A stretch of 64,000 nt of DNA from Azolla caroliniana (Eukaryota; Plantae; Polypodiophyta). How positions within the stretch are numbered: the first letter of the stretch is position 1; every line of letters begins with the position of its first letter. The stretch lies in contig JBHGNT010000021.1 of NCBI GenBank assembly GCA_043228905.1, positions 4,650,001 through 4,714,000 on the forward strand, in the 5' to 3' direction. Of the stretch, positions 35,758 through 49,631 are shown piece after piece. Made by a program: the position numbers and the translations under genes. Under the pieces are notes generated by a model. The model did not search any database and was not told the DNA's origin. It saw only the letters and a list, made by a program, of their open reading frames with translations.

Positions 35758-35764
35758 TGCCATA

Positions 35765-37310
35765 TCATGACACTATCCCCCCTTTAAAATGACGAGTGTC
35801 ACGAGTCGTCTTGGATTGAGGACCCGGTTTGTGTGGATATTGACGATGGAAGTCTTCAAGAAGAGCACAAGCATTGGTCACATTCTCGATCGGTTCCCAA
35901 GTACGTTCGTTGGGACTATAGCCTAGCCAATCGACTAGATAGTAGAGCTTGTTGCGAACAATCTTGGAATCAAGGATGGAGGCAACCTCGTACTCCTGCC
36001 CATCTTCAAGCTCGATCGGGGGTGGAGGTTGGATAAGACGTCCTGGGATGGTGCTCTCGTGGTAGGGTTTGAGGAGAGAACTATGAAACACTGGATGTAT
36101 CCGAAGTTGAGGAGGTAGATCGAGACGAAAAGCGACATCATTAATTTGTCCAATAATACGGAAAGGACCAAATCGCCGATAATCCAACTTCTCACATGGG
36201 CGAGTAGTCTTGATGTGTCATCGTAGCAGCCACACCCGATCTCCAATATTAAAACTGGATGGAAGTCGATGACGATCCGCGTAGACCTTGTGTGTTTGTT
36301 GAGCTTGCTGGAGATGAGTAGATAAATCCGCTTGTATCTTACGTAACCGCTCCAAACGATCCTCCGCGCACAGATTTGTGGACACCTCTGGGGTTTCAAA
36401 TACACTCCACCGGGGGTGACATCCCGTATAAGCATAAAATGGCGTAACTTTAGTGGATGCGTGGATAGAGTTGTTATAGGCAAATTCGGCGAAATGGAGA
36501 ATATCTGCCCAGTCATCCTAATGATAGCTGAGAAAGCACCGCAGATACTGCTCCAGCGTTTGATTTGTTCGTTCAGCTTGGCCGTCAGTTTGTGGGTGGT
36601 AGCCGGAGGAGAGGTTACAAGTGACCTTGAGCATGTTAAAAAGGTGCTTCCAGAATTTTGACACGAACTGGGGTCCACGGTCGCTGATGATACTATCGGG
36701 AAGTCCATGATGCCGACATACCTCACGCATGACAATTTCGGTAGTGTCTTCACTAGAGATCTCCTTAGTACATGGCAAGAAATGAGCCATCTTTGTATAT
36801 CGATCGACCACCGTTAGAATCGCATTGAACCCCTTAGAGACTGGAAGATCTGTGATGAAGTCTAGAGCAATGGATTGCCACGACTTGCTTGGAATTGGTA
36901 ATGGTTCTAATTAACCATATGGATGATGCCTTGGCATTTTCGCTCTGCACCATGTATCACAAGTCCGAACAAAATCCTCGACAAATTGTCGCATACAGGG
37001 CCACCAGAATGATCGTTGTACTAAATGTAATGTTTTAGTACTACCAAAATGCCCAGCTGTATATGTGTCATGACAGTTTTGTACTACTCGAAGGCGGCAA
37101 GAACCGTTAGGAACATACAAAAGTTCTTTAAAGAAGAGTAATCCATCATGGTATTTGAATTGCCGATAGTCCGTACCTAGTGGTTGCGACTGTGAACACG
37201 ACGCTCGAGAGGGATCAATTTGTGCTAGTATAGCTTGGGCGAACGCATCTGTCTTCAAGTCTTCACGTATGGTATCAATAACGCGGGAATCCATAGGCAT
37301 GTCAAAGATC
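35765..37310 (-). pseudogene. pol: G pol 3' part (integrase + chromodomain), with stops
   Basis: HD..AGH...[20 protein letters not shown]...TWEP. Confidence 0.92.
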
Positions 37311-40300
37311 TGTAGAGATTCCGTGCTCGGCCACAACCGAGGAACAGGAACGATTCACAGAAAACGGGAAATACACCAATGCACGAAAAAACAATAGAGA
37401 GAAGGGCACACTGGATGTTTTACGTGGAAAACCCTAAATGGGAAAAACCACGGGAGTGCAAGACTCCTACTATCACTATACGCGGGAATGTACAATGGCA
37501 AGCTGCAAGGCGACGACCTTGAGCTCGCTGTCCTCGCCACAGGCGGCGGTATTACACAGAGGCGTCGACCTCTTCCTTCCTCCTTCTCTCTCACTCTCTC
37601 TCGGCTGCTCTCACTTCGCTCCCTCTTGGTGGAAAACAGAAAAATGAGCAACAACAACAAAACTGTTTGCCCTAAGTCATATTTATACACATATGACTTT
37701 CGGGCTATTTACAAATATAGCCTCAATGGCTCTTGGCAAACATATTCACAGATATGTCCCCGCATCCGGATCTCTCTCCGGGTACATGCGTCATCCGGCT
37801 CCGTAACCGGGGTCTTCAGTCTCCGGCTCCGTAACCGGGTACTCTTCATCCGGCTTCATGCCGGGTACTCTTCATCATACGGTTCCGTAACAGCCTCCGG
37901 GCTTGCCGTCATTCATCTCCGGACATCCCATCCGGAGGGACCGAAATCCCAACAAACTCCCCCTTCACTTCGGCATGGGATGTCTCTCCAACCCGATCCT
38001 CTTCCGGCATGCTTCCAGCTTGTCGGGTGTGAGCACCTTGGTCAGCATATCCGACCCGTTCTCGTCCGTGTGGATCTTCGTCAGCACGAACTCCTGGTCT
38101 TCTATCCTTTCCCGGATCCAGTGATATCTACGCTGGATGTGCTTCGTCCGGGAGTGATAGGCCGCATTCTTCGCAAGGTGGATGGCACTCTGACTGTCGC
38201 AGTAGAGTCGGTACTCCTCCTGCCGGATACCGAGCTCTCTAATGAAGTCCTTCATCCATATTATTTCCTTGCCGGCTTTACCAGCCGCCATGTACTCCGC
38301 CTCCGTGGTTGACAACGCAACCGTCTTCTGCAGCCTCGACTGCCACGAAACAGCTCCCCCTGCATACGTCATCACATACCCTGATGTGGACCGGCTGGTA
38401 TCTGCATCAGCCGACATATCCGAATCGGTAAAGCCGTCGAGTTCGGGCTTACCGGAGCCGAATCGGAGGCACACGTTTGCCGTGCCCTTCAGGTATCAGA
38501 GTATCCACTTGACCGCGTTCCAGTGCTCTTTGCCGGGATTGCTCATGTACCGGCTCACCACTCCGACTGCGTATCCTATGTCCGGTCTTGTAAACACCAT
38601 TGCGTACATCAAGCTTCCGACGGCAGAGGCATATGGTACTTTCATCATGTCCTCCTTCTCAGCCTTTGTCTTGGGGCTCTGCTTGCTGGACAACTTGCAG
38701 TTTGCCGGGAGGGTTGACCCGACCGGTCTTGCTTCCGACATGTTGAACCGGTGAAGCACCTTTGTCACGTACTTCTCCTGTGACAGCCACAACTGCTTCT
38801 TCTTCCGGTCCCGGATGATGTGCATCCCTAGTATTTGCCTCGCCGGACCCAGGTCCTTCATTGAGAAGGTTCGGTGAAGCGCTTTCTTCAGCATCTGTAT
38901 CTTGACCTGGTCCCGTCCGACGATCAACATGTCGTCCACGTATAGGAGGAGTATTAGAAAGTCTCCTCCTTCGAACTTCTTCACAAACACGCAGTGATCG
39001 GACTGCGTTTTGTGGTACCCTTCGTCGGTCATGAAGGAGTCGAACTTCCGGTACCATTGCCGGGGAGCCTGCTTCAGTCCGTAAAGGCTCTTCTTCAACC
39101 GGCATACCAGGTGCTCCTTCCCTTTCTTCTCGAATCCTTCCGGTTGATGCATGTAGATCTCTTCTTCGAGGTCACCGTGAAGGAATGCCGTCTTCACGTC
39201 CATCTGTTCTACCTCGAGGTCCATGCTTGCCGCTATGCTCAGCACCGTCCGGATGGAGGTCATCTTCACTACCGGGGCAAATATCTCGTCGAAGTCGACG
39301 CCCTTCTTCTACTGGAACCCCTTCACCACGATCCTGGCTTTGTATCTCGGGGGGTTTCCGGCATCTCCCGGTTTCAGCTTGAACACCCACTTGTTTCGAA
39401 GTGCCCGCTTTCCTTTCGGCAACTCCACAAGTTCATATGTGTGGTTCTCATGCAGGGAATCCATCTCCTCCTGCATGGCACTTAACCACCTGCGGCTATG
39501 GTTGTCAAGCTTTGCTTCTTCAAAACTCTCCGGCTCCCCCTCGTCGGTTAGCAGCACGTGCTCTGGTTCCGGAAATCTCCGGGGGGCCCTTCTCTCTCTT
39601 AGAGGATATCTCCGTTCCGGAGCTTCGGTAACCGGCTCCTCCGTTTCCTCTTCATCCGAATCCATTTCGGGATCGGGGCCGGTTCCGGTATCAGTTTCAT
39701 CCTCCTCGGCCGGTTCTGTTTCTTCACCGTCTTCGGCCGGATCCTCGAGTGCTAACCGGTCCCTTGCCGGTCGGGACTGCTCCTCGTAGAGTTGATTCTC
39801 ACCGGTCGACTTGGAGCTCTTCATCTTCTTCTCCGACTCCCAGTCGGCGAGTGTCTTGTCCTCCATGAAGATGATATCTCGACTCCTGAACGTCTTCTTG
39901 TCGACCGGGTCCCATACTCGGTAGCCGAACTCGTCGTCGCCGTAACCGAGGAATATGCATGGCCGGGTCTTCGGATCTAGCTTTCCTCTCCGGTCCTTTG
40001 CCACATGCACGTATGTGAGACACCCGAACACCTTCAGATGCCGGTAGGATACTTCCCTACCGGTCCACACTCTCTGCGGCGTGTCTCCGTCCAAAGGTAC
40101 TGAGGGTGATCTATTTATCACGTATGTCGCCGTCGACATCGCCTCAGCCCAAAACCCCTTGGGTAATTTCGCATGCGCTAGCATACTCCGGACCCTCTCC
40201 ATTATGGTCCGGTTCATCCTCTCGGCCAGCCCGTTCAGTTCCGGCGTCTTCGGCACAGTAAACTCGAGCCGGATTCCCTTCGAGCGACAGTACTCCTGGA

Positions 40301-42713
40301 ACTGCCCCCGGTATTCCCCTCCGTTATCCGCTCGTATCGCTTTCAGCTTCTTGCCGGATTCCCTTTCCACTCTCGCGTGGAGTTCTTTGAAGACGGACAA
40401 TACTTGGTCCTTTGTCTTCAACGGTGCCGTCCACAGCTTCCGGCTGTGGTCATCAATGAATGTCACGAAGTACTGGGCTCCGCCATGTGACTTCGTCTCT
40501 ACTTGACACACGTCAATGTGCACCAACTCCAATGGTGCGCTACGTCTCGTCGGTGGCCTTGTGTGGAAGGAGGTCCGGTTTTGCTTACCGGCCAGACAGT
40601 CGGTACACTTCCCCAAGTGCACATGCTTTACCGGTATCAGGTTGTCTTCGGCAAGCCTCTTCATCCCCTTCTCGCTCATGTGGCACAGTCTCTTGTGCCA
40701 TAGCTCACCGGCAGTGTCAGCTGCCACGTTCAGCTCCTCCGGACATAGCCGGGAATTCATCAGGTACAGTGTGTTGATCTTCCGGGCCCGAGCCACTATC
40801 AGGCTCCCTTTGCTGAACTTCATGACACCGTTCCGGATGCTACCCGTGTAGCCTTCATCGTCTAGCCTCCCGGCCGAAATCAGGTTCAATCGAACCTCCG
40901 GAACGTGTCGAACATCCTTCAGCAGCATCTTGCATCCGGTTGATGTCATTAGCCACACGTCTCCTATGCCGGCAATCCGGCATGTACCTTCATTTCCCAT
41001 CCGGACACAGCCGTGCTCACCGGCTGTGTAGGATGAGAAGTATTTCTTCTCCGGGGTCAGGTGGAACGACGCTCCGGAATCGACCACCCAGGTCATCTCT
41101 TCACCGGCAAGGTTCAGCTCCCTCTCTTCGGTAATGAGCATTATCTCTTCTTCACTTGCCGCGAGTGCCGTCGTTCCTTTCCGGTCCTGCCCTCGTCGAT
41201 CCGGACCTCTCCGGTCCGTGGCTCCCCGGTATGCACCGTTTCTCTCCGGTGACTTCTTCGAATCGGTGTCGTCGGCTCCGTTGTCCTTTCGGTAATGCCG
41301 ACAATTCTTCCGGAAGTGCCCCGGCTTCCCACAGTGGAAGCATGTGGGCCTTCCTCTTGACTGCGACCGGGTCCCCGACTTCTCCCGTCTTTGCGGACTC
41401 CGGTTCCATTGTCTTCCCCGATCCGATTCGGTAAGCAGCATCTTCGGATCGGAAACCGGTTCTTTATCTCTCCGACGCGCTTCTTCGTTCAAAATGCTTG
41501 TCTTTACCGTTTGTAGAGACAAGTTATCTTTGGTGCAGGAGGTGCTGAGAGTCACCACCAAGTTCTCCCAGCTTTCCGGCAATGTACACATCAGAATGAT
41601 GGCTTGCATTGCATCCTCCAACGGGAACTTGATCGCCGCAAGCTGGTTCACGAATCCCATGAACGTGCTTACGTGTTCCACCATACTCTCGCCGTCCCGG
41701 TACTTGAGGTTCACTATCTTCCTCATCAGGGAGGTCCGGTTCAACGCATTCTTCCTCTCGTAGAGGCCCGACAGCTTCCGCCACATCTCATATGCGTTGG
41801 TGTCGTTCGCCACATGTTGTAGAACGCTCACGTCGACGTATTGCCGAATGGTTGCAACGGCTTTCCGGTTCAGAAGCCTCCATTCCGTCTCAAGTACCCC
41901 CTTGGGTATTTCCGACCTGTCGATCGGTTCATACAGGTCCCGAACAATGAGCAGATCCTCCATCTTTATCTTCCAGTCGGCGTAGTTCTGCGCATTCAGC
42001 ACCATCATCCCCGGCTGCCCGCTGCTGCCGCCTTCCATTTTCTGTGTTACCGTCGCTCTGATACCAGTTTGTAGGAATTCCGTGCTCGGCCACAACCGAG
42101 GAACAGGATCGATTCACAGAAAACGGGAAATACACCAATGCACGAAAAAACAATAGAGAGAAGGGCACACTGGATGTTTTACGTGGAAAACCCTAAATGG
42201 GAAAAACCACGGGAGTGCAAGACTCCTACTATCACTATACGCGGGAATGTACAATGGCGAGCTGCAAGGCGACGACCTTGAGCTCGCTGTCCTCGCCACA
42301 GGCGGCGGTATTACACAGAGGCGTCGACCTCTTCCTTCCTCCTTCTCTCTCACTCTCTCTCGGCTGCTCTCACTTCGCTCCCTCTTGGTGGAAAACAGAA
42401 AAATGAGCAACAACAACAAAACTGTTTGCCCTAAGTCATATTTATACACATATGACTTTCGGGCTATTTACAAATATAGCCTCAAGGGCTCTTGGCAAAC
42501 ATATTCACAGATATGTCCCCGCATCCGGATCTCTCTCCGGGTACATGCGTCATCCGGCTCCGTAACCGGGGTCTTCAGTCTCCGGCTCCGTAACCGGGTA
42601 CTCTTCATCCGGCTTCATGCCGGGTACTCTTCATCATACGGTTCCGTAACAGCCTCCGGGCTTGCCGTCATTCATCTCCGGACATCCCATCCGGAGGGAC
42701 CGAAATCCCAACA
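37311..42713 (-). mobile_element. Element H: young Ty1/copia (Tnt1/Tork-like by inference), TSD AGATC, tRNA-iMet PBS
   Basis: 644-bp LTRs 37311-37954 and 42070-42713 (about 5 differences); PBS TGGTATCAGAGCG at 42054-42066; PPT GTGAAGGGGGAG. Confidence 0.97.
37965..42038 (-). pseudogene. gag-pol: copia gag-pol polyprotein with two premature stops (39309 TAG, 38496 TGA)
   Basis: CFHCGKPGHFRKNC, WVVDSGAS, WHKRLCH, DNGGEY, YVDD, RTKHI; single frame with two stops of C-to-T type. Confidence 0.95.
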
Positions 42714-44730
42714 AGATCTGTGTTGCTTGTAGTCGTGTCGGTCCCAAGATGACTTGTTTTTGGTTATCGAAAGCTGGCTCGCTGGGACGGGGTGCTAGAT
42801 ACGAACGCCGTGATAATGCATCTGCCTTCCCTTGGTGCTTCCCCGGACGATATGTAATTTTGAAGTCGAAACGCGTGAGGAAGTGGGCCCACCGAGCTTG
42901 ACGTCGATTCAACACACGAGCATCCTGAAAGTAGGCAAGATTCTTGTGGTCACTAAATACGGTGACTGGATGAGAGGATCCCTCCAGAAAATGCCTCCAT
43001 TGCATAAAAGAATCCATTATTGCCAATAACTCTTTATCATGAATTTCGTAGTTCATTTCAGCGGCATCAAACTTGCGTGAGTGAAAAGCCACAGGATGTA
43101 GCTTCTCATCATTCCCCTGTTGTGACAGAATGCTCCCCAATGCAAAATCCGATGCGTCAGCTTTGATAATGAATGGTTTTTCCGGATCGACATGAGCTAG
43201 AATTGGAGTCGATGTAAATGCCTTTTTAAGACTCTCGAAAGCCATGTCCGTTTCTTTAGACCAGATGAACGGTTGTCCCTTCCTGGTAAGTTGTGTGAGA
43301 GGTAGCACGATCTTTGAGTAATCTTGTATGAACTTCTGGTAAAAATTGGCAAAGCCTAGGAAGCATTGCACATCCCGCACCGAACGCGGAGTCTGCCATT
43401 CTACCACCGTTTTGACCTTAGCTGGGTCCATGGAGATGCCTTCTGATGAAATGATGTAGCAGAGAAATTCCACTTGGTTGCACCCGAAACTACATTTTTC
43501 CAGCTTTGCATACAGACCATGTTCTCGAAGTCGTTTTAGTACTAATAGTACATGAGAATCATGTTCTTCTTGGGTCTTTGAATAAACCAGTAGATCATCC
43601 AAATAGATGATCAAACAATCATCCAATAGATCTCGGAATATATCATTAGCCATGTGATGGAAGACTGTCGGCGCATTAGTGAGGCCGAACGGCATGACCG
43701 TATACTCGAAGTGCCCATATCTGGTGCGAAACGCGGTCTTCCATTCGTCTCCTGGTCGGATTCGTACGAGGTTATATACTCCCCGTAAGTCGATCTTCGT
43801 GAAGAACCTGGCACCATTGATCCGTTCTAAAAGACTTGAGATAAGGGGAAGAGCATACCTATTCCTGATTGTAACCTTATTCAAGCCACGGTAATCTACA
43901 ACGAGACGAAGCGATCCATCTTTTTTCTTGACGAAGAAAATGGGCGCGCCGGCTGGAGATTTCGAATGCCGAATGAAACCATTTTCCAAATTCTCCTCTA
44001 TATAGGCTCGAAGGACTTCCAACTCGGTTGGTGACAAATTGTAGATCGGTCCCCATGGCGGCTCTTTTCCCGGTTGTAAATCGATGGGGCAATCGTACGG
44101 TCGATGATGAGGAAGTGTGTTGGCTTGTACTTTATCGAACACATCGGCGTAATGACGATACTTCTCGAGAAGTTGAACGGTGGATTCTTCTTTAGTGGTG
44201 CTGGAGGGGTTTACTAATATTGCAAAGAGGAACATTTCCTCCTTGCGCCCTTCTTTACGCAACTGACGTAGCGAAATGGTTGCCATCTTCTGAGTTGACC
44301 CTTGGGTTTGTCGACACCGGATTTCTCTTGTTCTCCAATCTATGTCTGGGTTATGTAACTCGAACCACGGTAATCCTAAAACTATAGGATGTTCTGGGAT
44401 ACTAATAATATTAAATGATACTACACATGCTAAGTTATCTAGGACAATATTAATGGGCTCTGACTCTTCTATGATATTTCTAGAAGCAATGGGACGTCCA
44501 TCAATGACTACTACAAAGGCTGGACACTGGAGTTTTCTTAGGGGTATCTTATGAGCTTGAACAAATTTCTTATCCATAAAGCAAGAGTTAGCTCCGGAGT
44601 CTAGGAGTGCTAGGACATGTACTGGAGGGGTACTTTTAGTACTAACTATTACTTGGGCTACGAACACATCACTAACTTGCTTAGAGGGAATGGAACCACT
44701 AATGGGCTGCACAGATCTAGGGTTGTCCAA
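42714..44730 (-). pseudogene. pol: G pol 5' part (PR-RT-RH)
   Basis: ALLDSGA, YLDD, DASD, SDHKNL. Confidence 0.95.
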
Positions 44731-44756
44731 CCAAACGGCTCCTATTTTGGCTGGAC

Positions 44757-45908
44757 TTAGTCGTTTAACTCTTCTTCTAACTGACTAAGGACATCAAATT
44801 TGTTTGCTAGATCTAGGATATTAGTACTATTAGGACTATCAGATATCCCTATTGAAGTAGGCTCGGGTTTAGTACAATTAGAACTAGCAACTATTTGGTT
44901 TACCTGTCTTCTTGGCCTATGGGGGCAATTTATTGCAATATGTCCTGGTCCACCGCAGTAAAGAAATAGTCGATTTGTACGACGTAGCTGCTTTTCTTCT
45001 TCGGATAATGGTCCTCGACGACGTGTAGTGTCAATCTCCATCGGAGTCGGAGTATTCGCTGGAGGCGCATTATATGACTCCCTCGAAAAAGGTCTTGCTA
45101 CCACTGAGGCGTAGGTGGGCTCTGATCTTGCCCTCGGCATCTGTAGTTGTCGTTCCGAACGTCGCTCAAAGAGGCGGTTATCACATCTCACCGCGCGACT
45201 GATTGCTTCTGTTAAGGACTTTGGCTCTTCGGGGAAGGTCAAGAGTAAATCCTTGACGTCATTGCGTAAACCATAACGGAATTGCTCCATCAACGCTTGA
45301 TCATCCCAAGGGATATCGGCGGCGAGTAGGCGAAAATCTGCAGCGTATGCGGAGGCTGGACGGTCACCTTGGTGTAATCGCCGAATTTTGTTGATTGCGG
45401 TCCTAATGCTGTCAGTATCTCCGAAACATGCTTTAAACTCACCTAGAAACTCTTCAAAATTGTTGAGTAACGGAGATTCCTTTTCTAATAGTGGAGCGAA
45501 CCATGACATTGCTGAGCCACTTAACAAAGTGCCTACTAAACCCACTTGTGATGCATCGGTGGGATATCGGGAAGGATGCATTTGAATAACTAATCGTACC
45601 TAGTTAAGGAACCTTCTGAACTGCGATCGCGTTCCATCGAACTTCGTGGGAAGGCCAATCTTGGGTTCTTTATGAATCCCTTGTGTTCCGGTCCCTTGTT
45701 GTTGCATCGCTACGATGGTTGCTTTGAGTTGTTGCACGCGTAACGCAAGTTCCCCATGTTGTTGTTGCATTTGCTGCTTTTCTAAGGAGATTTGCTGAAG
45801 ATCCCCCAACAACCGTTTGTTTTCTTGTTCCAAAGCATGGAACTTCTCCTTCAAGCATTGAAATTCCGAGAGAACAGATTGATATTCTTCAGCGCTAACA
45901 GTGGCCAT
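44757..45908 (-). pseudogene. gag: G gag with a premature TAG at 45600
   Basis: Homologous to the D gag; PTPMEID and a degenerate zinc knuckle. Confidence 0.92.
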
Positions 45909-46086
45909 GGGATGAAAGAAAAGAGGAATAAAAGATTAGTAGGAAATGAGAGAGACAGAAGGTAATAAAATTGGTTCAAACTGTCAGGAACAGTACTGAG
46001 ACAGAGAAGGAATTAGTACTAAAAGAAGGATTAGTACTATGAGAGGTGTAGAACTTCTTCGAGAGAAGGAAGAAGTGAGCAAGACG

Positions 46087-46119
<33 letters not shown>

Positions 46120-47280
46120 TGATGATAAGAAAGATATGTATTATATGAAGAGAATATACAATGGTGGCTAAAAGGCTTAAGACTGGCGTGGAACCAATTT
46201 GGTTCAACATAATGCCTAGTGCCCTCTTTTATAGTGTTTTCAGTAGTAATCCTGAAGCTTCTAGAATGTTCCAGAGAAATGTGGAATATACACTAATTTC
46301 CTATAATAAAATGTAAATGAAAATAATATCCTACGTATTACAATAGATGATCTAATGGTCAAGAGCTCGACCCATATAACCTAAGGTCATGGGTTCGAGT
46401 CTTGCCATATCATGACAGATACAATGTATCGAGTTCGTATTGAAAAAACAGAGTTTTAAACATGAACTCAACACGCCGTATCGAGTTCACGTTTTAAGTT
46501 TTATTTCGGATTTTATTTTAAAAAAGAATTACATTTTTTTCTATTTTATTTTGGTATTTTGTTTTTTTATTTATTTAAAATTTGACCTTTAATAAGTGAT
46601 GAAAAAAGAAGAGTTTTTATCACAAGTCGATACAATGTATCGAATTCATGTTTAAAATTATTATTTTCTTCATAAAAAATAAAAATAAATCAAAAAAATT
46701 GAAAAATAATAATAATAAATTGAAATTTTTTTGAAAAATTTACTTTAAACATGAACTTGATACATTGTATTGAATTGTGATGAAAAATCTGGTTTTTCTA
46801 TCATCTAAAGCTTAATTTATTTTTATTATTATTATTATTTAAATACGGTAAAAAAAACTTTGAGCAAGAATTCAATACATTGTATGGAATTATGATGAAA
46901 AATCTATTTTTTACATCAACTTGATACAACATATCGAGTTAATGTTTGAAATCTTGTTGGTTTTCAAATAAAAGAGGTTTTTTAAACATGAACTTGAATC
47001 GTACTAAAATCTTTGTTTTTACAAGAGAAAAAGATGCATATCGATAGTGCAAACAAGGTTGTTGTACAATAAGATACTTTATGGTGAATATGTGCATCAT
47101 TGATTAACAAAAAACAATTAATAATTGTGTTGATGGTAATTGAACCTTGCAAATGCCATTTACACGGCCCATAAAGTGTTTGTGTGGTTCTCAATCACTA
47201 CTTAATGTTGATCTTTATAGTTGGAACGAAGGATGACAACACAAGCATAACTCAGGTGACAAGGAAACTTGCAAGAAGTC

Positions 47281-47621
47281 AAGGTGGGGATATTAATAGC
47301 TACACATGTAGATGGTCGTGACCTGAGGTACCAATTCTGCATTGGTAAAGTTTTGGACGTGATGATGCATTAAACCTTTGTAATACATCTATCATTGACA
47401 TTAATGAGGTGGATATCATTATGTATAACTTTACACAGACAAAAGTTGGATGTTTAAGGACAACAACAATATACATAATAAAAGAGATATTAGCAAGTCT
47501 AGAAGATATCTTAGATTGAAGGCGAAGAAGATTTATTGCACACAATTTGGAGATACCATTTGGTGAAGACAATGATTTGATTGGTACATTGGAAGATGAG
47601 GAGAAAGAGTCACAATTGTAA
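47281..47621 (+). pseudogene. Possible transposase C-terminal remnant inside the DNA transposon
   Basis: Protein-like fragments KVGILIATHVDGRDLRYQFCIGKV and IDINEVDIIMYNFTQTKVGCLRTTTI in an otherwise AT-rich non-coding element. The assignment is from recollection only. Confidence 0.35.
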
Positions 47622-48009
47622 ATTATCGAGTCATGCAAATAACTCCCAAATGTATTTGTTGTGCAACTATATGTAACAAATTTAGACAACATTTTATCGA
47701 ATGGAATAAAAACGTTCATTGTTTTGAAATCTTCTACTTTCGATTTCTTTAAGATCTAAAAACTTATTAGTTGTCATTTTTCTTTAAAAATCCACAAAGT
47801 TACTTTTCGTATTTGACCCAAATTTGACATTTTTCAATTTCACCAAATGGTGAAAATTTTAACTTTTTCAGCAAGTTTTGGAGAACATGTGATACTAGTA
47901 TCAAGATGTTTTGTGAAATGGCAAAAAAAACTCCAAAATCAAACAGAATATTCCTTATCCTTCAACTTGTGCGTAATCCTTCCACTTTGTGAACGCAAAC
48001 GTGTTTTCT

Positions 48010-48765
48010 CTTAAAGTAAATTCTACCTTACTATTTAATATTCTTGTTTCTAGTACCTTTTTTATATCCATCGTTGTTTCTATGTCTGAAGACAGCTTGA
48101 AAGATGGGCCTGTCTTCCTTCCTCTCTGGCAGCTCCATAAACCATAACTTTCTTTTACAGAAATGGGCGCAAGCCCTTTTCACCTCCTCCTAGTCTTTGG
48201 TAAGTCCATTCGGACTATTATGATCTTCTAGAAGCATTCCCAAGTCTTTCCTATCTTTAATGTTAGTAGCTTGTAGAAACAACATTATTTTATCTAGCAT
48301 TATTATGTTTCTATCCCTAACATTTAATTGCTCAAATCTTTTTGAAAACTCTTTTAACACTTCCAAAACACATAATTGTTTATCAGACTCTACCCAATCC
48401 ATGAAAGCTCGCCTTATCATCCTTGACATATCGTTGAGGTTGTATTCATTCAATAATGCTCTTTCGAAAGTCGCCCATGTCTGATGCTCCCTCTATAGCT
48501 CTTGGATCCTCTCTTGTAGCCCAATCACAGCGACTCGACTAAAGCTATTAATTTTTGCAACTTCGTCGACACCACGTTTAAGCATTTCTTCATTGTAAAT
48601 CTTCAAAAATCTTGTTAAATTTATACCTTCAAAGATTTCTACTTGAGCAAGAATATTGTTGATGACTTTGTCGATGGTTGCCATCATCCCTTGCTCTCGC
48701 ATCATTCGTTCCACCATCGTACACATAAGCCTCATTTGCTCCTCCATTTCTCCTTGTCGCCGCAT
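48010..48765 (-). pseudogene. gag: gag of element F (stops, internally deleted)
   Basis: FEGINLTRFLKIYNEEM, FSKRFEQL...DKIMLFL...GLTKD; similar to the B N-terminus. Confidence 0.8.
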
Positions 48766-49440
48766 TCACGTCGGGTTCACCAAATGTGTCGGGGTAGTTG
48801 TGGTTTGTGCGGTGAAGTCACAGGGACTAACGTTAAGGGGAGTTGAAGGAACTTTTATAACTCTTGTACACAAATGTTAGGAAGATTAAGGCTAAGAAGA
48901 ATAAGAGTTTAAAGTAATGTGTGTGAGAGAGCGACGGGTATAGATAAAAAATAAAGGCAATGTATGATTCAAGAAGCAAGATAGAGACAAAGTATGATTT
49001 AAGAAAAAAAAACATATGATATGAAAATGATGTATATTACGAATACAAGATTTTACCAACTTTACAATGCTTGATAGCAATATGAACTCTTTCTCTACCG
49101 GCTCTTGATTCGAACCCTTAACTCCAACTTTGAAACACGAGCCTCTTCCCCAACAAGCTAACTTATTTGTTTAATTATATTATTCTCTAACTTTTCTCTT
49201 GATTGATTCCCCTCTTGTTTTCCTTGCCCCTCTTTATATAAGTATTGTCATGCATATTGTAATGTGTGGGAGTATGGTATGCATGCAATGCATGACTTTC
49301 ATGTGATGCATGATCGTCATTTGGCGTACATGCATTACATGTGATGCATGATAGCCATCCTCCTAATTTGAGCTCTCATGTATGAAAATAGATATAGGAT
49401 AAATACAATGATGGAAATGTGTCTTTTAAAACAAATAACT

Positions 49441-49631
49441 TAGCTTAGTGGTGTATACCTTGTGCTTGGTATACAAGGTTGAGGGTTCAAGTTTCTCAAT
49501 TTTACTCCATACAACATTTAGCTTCATTCTTATATTATGAAGCATATTCTTTAGAATACCTTTAAAAATAAATAGCCTAGCCTAGGGGTATGTATATTGT
49601 ACTTCATATATAAGGGTGTGGGTTCAAGTCT
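49441..49631 (+). promoter_or_regulatory. Two tandem tRNA-like A/B-box cassettes in the F 5' LTR (one copy, 29223-29276, in the 3' LTR)
   Basis: TAGCTTAGTGG at 49441 with GGTTCAAGTTT at 49484; TAGCCTAGGGG at 49578 with GGTTCAAGTCT at 49621. Unit 1 has stems CCTTGTG-7nt-TACAAGG and TTGAGGG-TTCAAGT-TTCTCAA. Confidence 0.7.

Larger units (their letters stand above)
35342..46417 (-). mobile_element. Element G: Tcn1-like self-priming chromovirus, TSD GATAC, hosting copia H
   Basis: LTRs 35342-35772 and 45982-46417; PPT TTAAAGGGGGGATAG; GATAC at 35337-35341 and 46418-46422. Confidence 0.95.
33865..48005. mobile_element. Non-autonomous TIR/foldback DNA transposon (~3.1 kb without nested G), 4-bp TSD TTCT; Sola-like by inference
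   Basis: TIR AACAC(C/G)TTTGCGTTCACAA(A)GTGGAAGGAT at both ends; TTCT at 33861-33864 and 48006-48009; host frame EFTLRE|VLVIAKKEF restored; long internal inverted arms. Confidence 0.85.

Noticed and set aside
37488-38312. 274-aa + strand ORF
   Set aside because: Antisense read-through of the copia LTR and RNaseH; no recognisable domain.
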